The position numbers and the translations under genes were made by a program. Below the pieces are notes generated by a model. That model searched no databases and was not told where the DNA came from. It saw only the letters and a list, made by a program, of their open reading frames with translations. This document shows, piece by piece, positions 55,736 through 64,000 of a DNA stretch of 64,000 nt. How positions within the stretch are numbered: the first letter of the stretch is position 1; the number at the start of each line of letters is the position of its first letter. This DNA is from a virus. The stretch is taken from IMG/VR virus record IMGVR_UViG_3300032288_005778, positions 1-64,000 of that record; one strand, written 5' to 3'.

Positions 55736-56494
55736 ATGGCTAGTACAAATACAGGTATTGAGTGGACAGATAAAACCTGGAATCCTACCACAGGTTGTGA
55801 TAAAGTTAGCCCAGGTTGCGTACATTGTTACGCAGAGATTTTAACTAACCGATTCTCCAAATCTTTTCCTTATGGATTTGATTTAACCCTATATCCAGAA
55901 AGATTGAAAGAGCCTTTAAAATGGCGTACTCCCAGTAAAATCTTTGTTAATAGCATGAGTGATCTTTTTCATGAAAAAGTACCTTTAGATTTTATTCAAG
56001 AGGTCTTTAAAGTCATTCAAGCTACCCCTCACCATGTCTATCAAATATTAACAAAAAGACCGGAGCGATTAGTTGAATTATCACCACATCTAGAATTTCA
56101 TAAAAACATCTGGTTAGGTGTATCAGTGGAAAATCAAAGTTATGTTTCTCGTATTGACTTACTGCGTCAAGTGCCGGCAAATGTGCGGTTTCTATCCTGT
56201 GAACCATTGCTAGGTTCATTAACCCTTGACCTCGCAGGCATTGATTGGGTCATTGTTGGTGGGGAATCTGGACAAAAACACCGTCCGATGAAAATTGAAT
56301 GGGCTGAAAGTATCCGTGATCAATGCCAAAAAGCAAAAGTAGCATTTTTCTTCAAACAAGTTGGTGGTAGTACATCTAAAGCTGGTGGCAATCGCTTAAA
56401 CGGGGAGTTGCTGCAAAACTTCCCGCCAGCCTGGGAAAAACACCAAGCTACTGCTTGGCTTAAACAGCCTAAGCAAGTTGCTTTATTTAACTAG
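55736..56494 (+). CDS. Phage Gp37/Gp68 (DUF5131) radical-SAM-like protein
   Basis: IEWTDKTWNP.TGC.KVSPGC.HCYA, FVNSMSDLFH, ILTKRPER, WVIVGGESG, FFKQ.GG. Confidence 0.95.
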   Translation: MASTNTGIEWTDKTWNPTTGCDKVSPGCVHCYAEILTNRFSKSFPYGFDLTLYPERLKEPLKWRTPSKIFVNSMSDLFHEKVPLDFIQEVFKVIQATPHHVYQILTKRPERLVELSPHLEFHKNIWLGVSVENQSYVSRIDLLRQVPANVRFLSCEPLLGSLTLDLAGIDWVIVGGESGQKHRPMKIEWAESIRDQCQKAKVAFFFKQVGGSTSKAGGNRLNGELLQNFPPAWEKHQATAWLKQPKQVALFN

Positions 56495-56550
56495 TTCAAA
56501 AGGGTAGGTTTTGCCTGGCGGACACCTACTGCCATTAAAGTTACAGGAAG

Positions 56551-56763
56551 GTGAACAAAATGACTGATTACATCGCCCAATTTGCCTATTGTTACATAGA
56601 TGAAGATGACTCACCGACTGAGGAAGAAATGCAGGTGAGACTGAGCCTGGCAGAATATTATCTAGATATCCCTTTCGACACAGACGGAAACACTGAAAGA
56701 CAATATCAAAGTATGATAAGCCTTTGTTTTAAAAGATGGGATTCTCGCCCAGTGATTGATTAG
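56551..56763 (+). CDS. Hypothetical acidic protein
   Basis: ORF followed by a terminator. Confidence 0.55.
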   Translation: MNKMTDYIAQFAYCYIDEDDSPTEEEMQVRLSLAEYYLDIPFDTDGNTERQYQSMISLCFKRWDSRPVID

Positions 56764-56806
56764 CCACTAACCAGCCAATCCCTTGACCCGTTTCTTCCCT
56801 GATACG

Positions 56807-56835
56807 AAACCCGCTAGTAGTAGCGGGTTTTTTTA
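56807..56835. terminator. Terminator between convergent early and tail operons
   Basis: AAACCCGCTA-GTAG-TAGCGGGTTTTTTT. Confidence 0.8.
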
Positions 56836-56843
56836 ATGATTAA

Positions 56844-57338
56844 TTACGGATTAGCGATCGCACTAATTTGATGTATGCGTTTTACTAGTAGTCCGTTGTC
56901 TATTTCCGCTTGCTGCTTTTCCAGTGCTAGTGTGCTTAGTTGCTCACTCAATTGTTTTAGCTGTAGTAGTAATTGTCCATACTTGTCCTGAGTTTCAAGT
57001 AACTCTGTCTGTAATTTTTCCTTCTCAGATTGCAATTGATTAATCTGCGTTTGTAATTGCAAATTGTGTTTAAAACTGATAATTCCTCTTACTTCATCTA
57101 AGTCGCAATCATAATTAGGGACTACCCAAGATTCAACAGGAAGAAAAGCACCATCACGAGATAAAGAGTAGTCCGCTAAAAATACCCTGTCTTGAGGCGT
57201 GGGTGGCAATTCAATAGTAATTTCCCCTTCATTAATTTCATAGGTATTAATGCCCGCCGTTACCCCAAGAAATGGAATATTTGGCTTGAGTCTAACAAAG
57301 CCTCGCTGAATATCTAATGACCCTGATATTTTGACCAT
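56844..57338 (-). CDS. Hypothetical protein with a C-terminal coiled coil
   Basis: Last gene of the tail operon. Confidence 0.65.
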   Translation of the reverse strand: MVKISGSLDIQRGFVRLKPNIPFLGVTAGINTYEINEGEITIELPPTPQDRVFLADYSLSRDGAFLPVESWVVPNYDCDLDEVRGIISFKHNLQLQTQINQLQSEKEKLQTELLETQDKYGQLLLQLKQLSEQLSTLALEKQQAEIDNGLLVKRIHQISAIANP

Positions 57339-57339
57339 C

Positions 57340-57972
57340 TTAACCTCTTATCCTTGCAACTGCGGGGAAACCACCAAATTTAAGTGTGTGGCTATGATAC
57401 TGCTTACACATCTCTAAATCCTTGCGACAGGCTCTTTTGTCTGATGTTGTTGTTTGCCCAAAGATATCAAAATGTACATTAGTGGATGCTTGGCAATCAC
57501 CATCACTTAAAGTATACTGACATCTTTTAGAGTAAGTCCGGGCTGGTAGCTTTTTCCTTTCTAGGGAGTAGGGAGAAAGGGCAAAGCTAAATTGATTTTG
57601 ATACTCACCTGTATACTGAGATACCTCTAGTAGAAGCGGGAAAAACTGACTGCTATCTGCCGTGGGTTGTCCGTCTAAAAACATCGGTAATGTTTGCTTA
57701 ACAGCAACTTCAGCCTTAATAACTTCGTGAGCATCAATGATATCCCCTACTAATCCAGAAATATCGGATACAATCAAGGAAGTACGCGCCTCAACGCTTT
57801 CCCCACTTCTACCAAAGCTCCCTAGTTGGCAGGGGTAGCCTTGGTAGAAAACACCACCAAAGGATACCGAGCCATAATTGCAGATTTTAATATCAAAGTC
57901 GTTGGTTTTGATTTGAATCAAGTCAATCAAGACCTCAGAATCTAATGATTGGTTGGCTGCTATTAATGTCAT
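57340..57972 (-). CDS. Minor tail protein L (lambda gpL-like)
   Basis: YQGYPC, L.VSDISG, FLDGQPTAD, LPARTY..C.Y..C..C.K....C....FGGFP four-Cys motif. Confidence 0.85.
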   Translation of the reverse strand: MTLIAANQSLDSEVLIDLIQIKTNDFDIKICNYGSVSFGGVFYQGYPCQLGSFGRSGESVEARTSLIVSDISGLVGDIIDAHEVIKAEVAVKQTLPMFLDGQPTADSSQFFPLLLEVSQYTGEYQNQFSFALSPYSLERKKLPARTYSKRCQYTLSDGDCQASTNVHFDIFGQTTTSDKRACRKDLEMCKQYHSHTLKFGGFPAVARIRG

Positions 57973-58409
57973 GATTGCGATTTTAATTCCTCAATCTCGT
58001 GGACATAAACAACATCAAAACCTGCTAATTCTGTATCACTTCTTTCTATAAAAGGCTGATAATTTGGGTCGGGTTCGATGCGTTGCAATAAAGCAAAAAT
58101 AGCGTTAAAAGTTTCTTCTGAAATTAGTTCACCTTCTTTTAAAATTACAAGATTTGCCAATGCAAAATCAATTGATCTACTTTGGATTGATTCTACAAAT
58201 CTTTCGTAGGTTTTTGTTTCGACAACTTTTATTGTATTCTCGTCAATCCCAATTTTAATTATGTCTTCTAGCGTGGGAACTATTGATATTTGCTCCTGTG
58301 GTTTAGGATTGGGGATTAACTTTTTTTCATTCAATTTTCCAGTTAATTCCCTGGCGGATAATTCAGGGAATTGTGCGATTTGAGAAAGTAGCCATTGTTG
58401 TTTTGTCAT
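57969..58409 (-). CDS. Hypothetical tail-operon protein
   Basis: Coupled ORF. Confidence 0.65.
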   Translation of the reverse strand: MTKQQWLLSQIAQFPELSARELTGKLNEKKLIPNPKPQEQISIVPTLEDIIKIGIDENTIKVVETKTYERFVESIQSRSIDFALANLVILKEGELISEETFNAIFALLQRIEPDPNYQPFIERSDTELAGFDVVYVHEIEELKSQS

Positions 58410-58421
58410 GGTTTTAAATTT

Positions 58422-59174
58422 TTAAATATACGGGGGTGAGAATTTAAAAGGATGGTTGTTTACTAAGTTTGCTTGTAGTTCCCATCGCCAAGCAAAATAA
58501 CCTTCAAAGTGCTGGCGGTTTGCAGTGGAGAGCGCGGACCTGATTAGCAAAAGTTCCGAAATATTTGCGTTAAGAAATTGGGCAGACCAAGACCTCCTCC
58601 CAATTTCTATTGTGCTGTCATTAGCCGTGTTTATGCTATTTGGAGCCGCTGTTATTTGCTGCAACAAAGTCCCGTTTCTGTGCCCTTGTCTAACCCCGGC
58701 ATTAAAAGAGTAGCTTTGTATATCTGCGTTGTCAGTAAAAGGGATATTGATTGGTGCAGTATTGTTGATCCAAAAGGCACCGCCCGACTCGATGCTAAAT
58801 TGTGAGCCGTTGTTACCGGTGGTATTGATTAGAGTACCAGAAGTACCTCTTATGACGGTTGATATTGTCAAACCGCTCAGTCCAGAAATTAAACCATCCC
58901 ACCCCGAAGAAGACAAAAAATCATCGACCCCGTCAAACGTCAGCACAGGCTTCCCGTTTAGTCCATTGGGTGTGTATGTTGGCTGGTTTGCTTTGGTTGC
59001 TTGTGTTGCGTGCCTGCCATTTCCTGATATATCTCTCCACTGAGAAACCGTTGTACCATTAAGAATCACGCTACTTGATTCCATAGCATCAAACCATGCA
59101 GTAATATTAATTCCTGGTATTTTATCAGGAGTCAGTAGCCTTCTCGTTATCACAATCAATTTATTGTTTCTCAT
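58422..59174 (-). CDS. LamG/concanavalin-like tail-associated protein
   Basis: WFDA..VSQWRDISGNGRHATQ..P..LNGKPVLTFDGVDDFL..EGYFAWRW. Confidence 0.75.
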   Translation of the reverse strand: MRNNKLIVITRRLLTPDKIPGINITAWFDAMESSSVILNGTTVSQWRDISGNGRHATQATKANQPTYTPNGLNGKPVLTFDGVDDFLSSSGWDGLISGLSGLTISTVIRGTSGTLINTTGNNGSQFSIESGGAFWINNTAPINIPFTDNADIQSYSFNAGVRQGHRNGTLLQQITAAPNSINTANDSTIEIGRRSWSAQFLNANISELLLIRSALSTANRQHFEGYFAWRWELQANLVNNHPFKFSPPYI

Positions 59175-59175
59175 G

Positions 59176-60030
59176 TTATGCCAAGAAAGAATTTACAGTG
59201 ATTGTACCTGTCTCTGCACCGCTTGTGGGTGTAAATGCGTTTGGAGTTACTACGTACGCCCACAAAGAAGTGCTATTTATGGCTAATTTAACCTGTCTGT
59301 TGATGTTTGATGCCATAGCAAAAAAGCTACCACCACCTCTCATCGTTGCAATTGATAAAATAATTCCATCTTCAGTTAAGTGAAAATCTCTATCAGCAGA
59401 TGCACCATTAAAAACAAGATTATCGGCGATCGCAGATGGAGGTGAAGCGCTGTATAAATAAATTACAAGGGTAGTCATTCCACTAGGAGGCGTGGAAGTA
59501 TTGAACATGATTTTTATATTATTAATAAAAATATTACCCCCACTAGGACCAATATTTGATAACTGGATTATTGAGCCATATACGTCATTAGCTGTATAAG
59601 CAGTTGCTCCTGATGGTCTTTGAATAGTTGCGGTACTAGCAAATCCAGTTCCGTTGCTTAGTGTCCTAAAGATAGCTGATAGCCACCCTAAAATACCTCC
59701 CCCGCCCGCAGGCATGGTTGCATCGGTGATTTGAGTACCAAAACTAATTTGATTCGTTACGTCTACTGGTAATCTGTTATTTATCGGTGAAGGTAATCTG
59801 TCGGTAATTGTTTTCCAAATTCCAGACAGCCACCCTAAATTACCTACACCACCCGCGGGCATGGTTGCATCGGTGATTTGAGTACCAAAGTCTGCTGTAG
59901 TAGTACCACCTCCCCCTGTACCACCACCTTCTACTTGAACAATGGGAATATAAGGAGATTCAGGCGTACCTTCTCCTGTAGCCTTAACATATTCCGCCGT
60001 TCCTCTTACTCCTAAAATAGGCTGATTCAT
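59176..60030 (-). CDS. Tail-associated protein with an internal FGTQITDATMPAGG repeat
   Basis: Repeat occurs twice; C-terminal domain paralogous to 61485-62057. Confidence 0.7.
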   Translation of the reverse strand: MNQPILGVRGTAEYVKATGEGTPESPYIPIVQVEGGGTGGGGTTTADFGTQITDATMPAGGVGNLGWLSGIWKTITDRLPSPINNRLPVDVTNQISFGTQITDATMPAGGGGILGWLSAIFRTLSNGTGFASTATIQRPSGATAYTANDVYGSIIQLSNIGPSGGNIFINNIKIMFNTSTPPSGMTTLVIYLYSASPPSAIADNLVFNGASADRDFHLTEDGIILSIATMRGGGSFFAMASNINRQVKLAINSTSLWAYVVTPNAFTPTSGAETGTITVNSFLA

Positions 60031-60077
60031 TGCTTTGTTTTACAAGAATATTGGTTCAATGTTAGCACAGAACCATC

Positions 60078-61001
60078 TTAATTTGCTACTCTCATTAATA
60101 TGTAATCTCCCGTTAGATCCTGTGCATTAGTATTACCTAATCTACCAACTACAACACAATGAATTACGCCATGGTTTTTGTATGCTGATGTGGCATTAGC
60201 CATATTTAAAGATACAATATCCCCTAGTTGGGGGGCTGGTTCAGTGCCGTCAACCTTCCATTTAAAAACATTAGGAATATATCCTAATGGAACCGTGTTT
60301 AAAGTTGGTCGCCTGAGATATAATTCAACCTCGCTTTGAGTGGCTGTACCATTAGTTTTTGTGTGAGCATAGTTAGCGATCGTCCCTGTAGTTGCCACCA
60401 ACAGATTGTCTACTAAAGTCCCCGCCAGACACTGATTTTGGCTTGACGCATTAAAAAATCCATCAGATGCTTTTCCAGTATAAAAACAATAGGAATTAAG
60501 CGGAAAAGCAAAATCTGAATTACTCAAAACTCCGTTGCTAAAAAAGTAATAATTATTTGCATTTTTAAATATGAAAATGCTAAAAGACGAATTGTTTGCA
60601 ACCATCCAACAAATTACTTGAGAATTTGTTGATGGATTCATCACAGGCGTACTACTGTAAGTCCTGACTAAATTTCCGTGAATTATAGCACTTGCATTAA
60701 CTGCTCCCCCGTTCCCCATCTGAAAAACAAATCTAGTTGTATCTGTATTTACAGAAATAGGTATATATTGCGGGGAAGCAGCTATAGCTCCGGCAAGGGT
60801 TTCTTGAGTAATATTCGGTCTCCAATCAATTCTAAAAAAGAAGTTATATGTGTTAGAATTATCGCCAAAAGCCCCATTAGCTCTATCATTAGAACCTAGT
60901 GCCTGTCTGATACAAGTTAATATTTCAGCCCAATCAATAGGAGTAGTCCCAATTTTATTACCTATATAATGATTTCCAAAAGCATCATTAAAAATAGTCA
61001 T
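60078..61001 (-). CDS. Putative tail/receptor-binding protein
   Basis: N/T/S/F-rich ORF in the tail operon. Confidence 0.6.
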   Translation of the reverse strand: MTIFNDAFGNHYIGNKIGTTPIDWAEILTCIRQALGSNDRANGAFGDNSNTYNFFFRIDWRPNITQETLAGAIAASPQYIPISVNTDTTRFVFQMGNGGAVNASAIIHGNLVRTYSSTPVMNPSTNSQVICWMVANNSSFSIFIFKNANNYYFFSNGVLSNSDFAFPLNSYCFYTGKASDGFFNASSQNQCLAGTLVDNLLVATTGTIANYAHTKTNGTATQSEVELYLRRPTLNTVPLGYIPNVFKWKVDGTEPAPQLGDIVSLNMANATSAYKNHGVIHCVVVGRLGNTNAQDLTGDYILMRVAN

Positions 61002-61483
61002 GATAAGTCCCCTTTGTTTTGTTCTTCAAAGTTTAGTAAACTAACTTGCTGTGATATAAATATTTTTTGTTCTGTAAAGGTTGCGGTTATTTCCCATAAG
61101 TTAGTTCCTTGATTTGTGGCACTCCATTTATCACAGATAAAATCTTTGTATCTAAAAGCATCACTGGGTCGCCACTGAAATCTAGCAAACCCCCCATACT
61201 GTTTAAATGTAGATACAATTTCATCTTTTAAGATTGTACTTAAATTGGGGATTGCTATTTCATAAGCTATCCTCGTAGATGCAGGATTAATCAGTATTTG
61301 GCTATAGTTATCCCCTAATCTTGTGGTTTGCTGAAATATTGTTTTATTACCAGAATAACTCCATTTTATAGGTGGTAAATTCAAGATAGGTGCATTGGAA
61401 CTGGGTGGTGGAAAAAATGTCGTGCCACTTATTGCACCCTTACTTTGTTCCTCAAATTCTAGTGCGGCTATTGGATTAATCAT
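60998..61483 (-). CDS. Minor tail protein M-like
   Basis: LGDNYSQ..INP..GGFARFQWRP..F.C..W....ITATFTEQ. Confidence 0.75.
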   Translation of the reverse strand: MINPIAALEFEEQSKGAISGTTFFPPPSSNAPILNLPPIKWSYSGNKTIFQQTTRLGDNYSQILINPASTRIAYEIAIPNLSTILKDEIVSTFKQYGGFARFQWRPSDAFRYKDFICDKWSATNQGTNLWEITATFTEQKIFISQQVSLLNFEEQNKGDLS

Positions 61484-61484
61484 A

Positions 61485-62057
61485 CTACTTAGCGTATAAT
61501 CGAACTATGAAACTACTACTAGCATTGTGACTAAAAGCAGATAAACTTACCAAATATCCCCATAGAGATGTACTGGCATTGGCTAACTTAAACACTGAAT
61601 TAATTAAGATTGTTTCAGCGACAACCGTTCCTCCGCCCCTGGCTAAGTTTGCGGTTAAGTTAATTCCATTTAATGTTAACAAGGATGCTCTGTTGTTGGT
61701 AGGAACACTAAATAATTCATTGTTAGCAAATGCAGTTGCAGGACTAGAATTAAATAAGTACAATGCAAACTCGCTCATACCAGCGGGTAAAGTTGCTAAG
61801 TCAAAGATGATGCTCATACTGGTTAATTCAATGATTCCCCCGCTACTTCCAATATTAGGAATTTGGAATAAGTTGCCATAAACTTTGTTAATATCATAAG
61901 CTGTTGTTGTGGCTGGTTTAGTGACAGCAACCTCAGAAAAATATTTTAGCCCATTAGCGAGGGAAAACACTGGTATGTAAGGTGTAGCTAAACTTCCATT
62001 GCCGGTCGCTTCTCTGTATTCTGTGTTTCCGTTTGATCCGATGTAAGGTTGTGGCAT
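61485..62057 (-). CDS. Tail-associated protein
   Basis: EY..ATG.G....PYIP and NIG.SGG.I..LANASTSLWGY shared with 59176-60030. Confidence 0.7.
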   Translation of the reverse strand: MPQPYIGSNGNTEYREATGNGSLATPYIPVFSLANGLKYFSEVAVTKPATTTAYDINKVYGNLFQIPNIGSSGGIIELTSMSIIFDLATLPAGMSEFALYLFNSSPATAFANNELFSVPTNNRASLLTLNGINLTANLARGGGTVVAETILINSVFKLANASTSLWGYLVSLSAFSHNASSSFIVRLYAK

Positions 62058-64000
62058 TAGAAATCCCCTGCAAAAAATGAGTTATTTTTGTTGTCAAAAG
62101 ATGCTATTAATTTATTAATACTAACAGCTTGAATGTATTGACTAACCTTGTTATTTGTGGTAACTGCGGCTATTCTTACAATATAATCCCCTGGACTTAA
62201 ATTATCCCATGCTGCGAATAAATCGTTAACTTCTAACAAGCTACTCCATTCAGAATTATTTGATTTTTTGTACTGCAATCTGTAGGATTTTGTGTAGCTT
62301 TCTTCTGTCAATCTTACAGCAGTAATAGTCCCGGTAGCAGGGTTGACGGTTGAGTTATTGAAAGGAAATGTAAATTGAGTATTGCTGATTTTAGTAATGA
62401 TAAATTTATCATTGTAAATGCTTTGATTTGACCCGCTAATCAAGATTAAATCATTACTTTGATAGTTGTGAGTAGTTGACGTGGTAACGGTTGCTATCCC
62501 TTGGGAGAAACTCAAATTAGAAACAGCAAATTTAGTTCCCACCTGTTCTTTCAAGGGTCGTTGCCAGGATGCAACTAAAGAGTAAGTGTCATTACCATTA
62601 ACTACAACTTTTAATAATTGTACAGAGAAATTATTAGGCGGATTAACCTCAGTTGGGAGTGGGTTTTGATCGCTATCACTAGGTATCTTGATTCCTGTTT
62701 CTACTTGGGTAAAAAAATCTTCACTGTAGGTTTTAGCCGTTACCTCAAACAAGGATCTATTTTCGCCATCAGGAACTACATCCGTGATCCTGTACAGCTT
62801 TACTCTGCTAATTTCATCTACTATCTGCCATGGTGAGTGTACAAGCGGTAATGTAGTCAATGGTGTACTGAGATTAATTTCCGTGAAAGTTCCGGCGGGG
62901 TTAGCGATCGCTCTCTCAATTACAGATTCATCAGGAAGGGTTAAATAAATCTTTTTTCCTGTATTTGCGGTCAGTGTAATAGGTGCATCTAAAGTAATTT
63001 TATTGGCTGTGACCGCAGACACCAATCCCCCAACCCTAACTTTGTTCCTGGCGGTATCAGATACTTGGATCACGTCACCAGGTTGGAAAAACATAGCCCG
63101 CGCTCTAATCTTGCAAGTCAAGGTAATGACGTTAGGTAAAGAGCTTAAAATAGTCCTGCGCCCCGATCTAATAGCAGCGGCTCGCCTAGTTTCTCCTAAT
63201 AGCGCATATTCTTCCGTTTGATACCCGTACTTGTCAATAGAAGCTGGTTCTTCGACGATCTCTGGAACTAACTCCCAATCCTCAATGGTTGACTGGTAAG
63301 ATACCTTGGCTACAGTGGTTACGGCATTCAGTTCCCTGGTTTGGTAAATAAATTTCCCTTCCTCTACATCTGCGTTAGTCAATATTTTTGGTAAGGCACT
63401 CATTGGACGCTCCTGCCAAAAGCTGATTTGTGAGCCATTCCAATAAGGTTTGACGTACATTGTGGAACAAATAGCCCGCACCATTTCTAGTACTGATTCT
63501 TGACCCCCAGAACCCAGGATAGTATTAAATAAAAATCTTCTTTCTGTTCCCCCGTCGCCATTGGAAACAAATTGGTTGTTGTACACACTGCATTGATAGA
63601 GTGCAAATTTATCAATATAGGATTCAGGTATGCCTAATCTAGATCTGGGGTTAGTCAGCAAGTAGTAAACAATCCAGGCAGGGTCTGCGGTTGCTTTACT
63701 GGGCGTGTACAGCGTCCCATCCCAACCACCATTAAAGTCTGTTCCTCTGTCAGTTGTGTTAATAGTTGCGTTACTGGGTATCTTGCAATCCTTGATGCCT
63801 TTAACCTTTGCCCAAACTTCTGGATTAGATTCAAAAGTTTTAGCAGGAAAAGCCAAGGACAATAATGCAGTGTTTGAATAAAGCACTTGGTCCAAGGAAA
63901 CTTCAGTGTAGTCCGCCCATTTTACCACTACTATATGTTTATCTTTTCTTTCGTCAGGATTTGGTGGCTCTTCTGGCAAAGTTTTCTTGACTCTAACCTC
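62057..64000 (-). CDS. Tail tip/host specificity protein J (5' truncated by the window edge)
   Basis: DPAWIVYYLLTNPR..LG..IDKFALY..Y..Q.V..G.GG.E.RF, PGDVIQVSD, FN3 domains; frame is open to position 64000. Confidence 0.93.
   Translation of the reverse strand, partial: EVRVKKTLPEEPPNPDERKDKHIVVVKWADYTEVSLDQVLYSNTALLSLAFPAKTFESNPEVWAKVKGIKDCKIPSNATINTTDRGTDFNGGWDGTLYTPSKATADPAWIVYYLLTNPRSRLGIPESYIDKFALYQCSVYNNQFVSNGDGGTERRFLFNTILGSGGQESVLEMVRAICSTMYVKPYWNGSQISFWQERPMSALPKILTNADVEEGKFIYQTRELNAVTTVAKVSYQSTIEDWELVPEIVEEPASIDKYGYQTEEYALLGETRRAAAIRSGRRTILSSLPNVITLTCKIRARAMFFQPGDVIQVSDTARNKVRVGGLVSAVTANKITLDAPITLTANTGKKIYLTLPDESVIERAIANPAGTFTEINLSTPLTTLPLVHSPWQIVDEISRVKLYRITDVVPDGENRSLFEVTAKTYSEDFFTQVETGIKIPSDSDQNPLPTEVNPPNNFSVQLLKVVVNGNDTYSLVASWQRPLKEQVGTKFAVSNLSFSQGIATVTTSTTHNYQSNDLILISGSNQSIYNDKFIITKISNTQFTFPFNNSTVNPATGTITAVRLTEESYTKSYRLQYKKSNNSEWSSLLEVNDLFAAWDNLSPGDYIVRIAAVTTNNKVSQYIQAVSINKLIASFDNKNNSFFAGDF

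Noticed and set aside
58422-64000. Diversity-generating retroelement acting on tail genes
   Set aside because: No reverse transcriptase and no TR/VR pair with adenine-specific mismatches was seen
1-64000. tRNA, rRNA, integrase, capsid or large terminase genes
   Set aside because: None recognised by eye; they may lie outside the window, and tRNAscan was not run

Overview
The window is 64 kb of a large temperate cyanophage or phage-plasmid with a lambda-like tail tip, probably infecting a filamentous Nostocales host. The host call rests on roughly 30 HIP1 GCGATCGC sites and cyanobacterial-type nblA, dnaN, dcd, thyA and tmk. It carries two replication modules (a D5/P4-type primase-helicase, and an iteron-containing initiator plus DnaB), three orphan DNA methyltransferases, antirepressors, an XRE/RHH switch region, early cassettes with strong promoters, and tail genes at the right end. 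The main points of interest are: (1) a compact TnpB-like type V effector whose ORF ends inside the first repeat of a mini CRISPR array, with a candidate anti-repeat embedded in the gene; (2) a cas-proximal spacer that matches this same genome perfectly at 13840-13876; (3) protein-coding genes that start inside the array and are bracketed by degenerate repeats; (4) two type I hammerhead ribozymes 412 nt apart; (5) an FtsK/TraB-like ATPase with a membrane-protein operon that might move DNA between cells of a filament. All family assignments come from reading motifs by eye; no database search was run.
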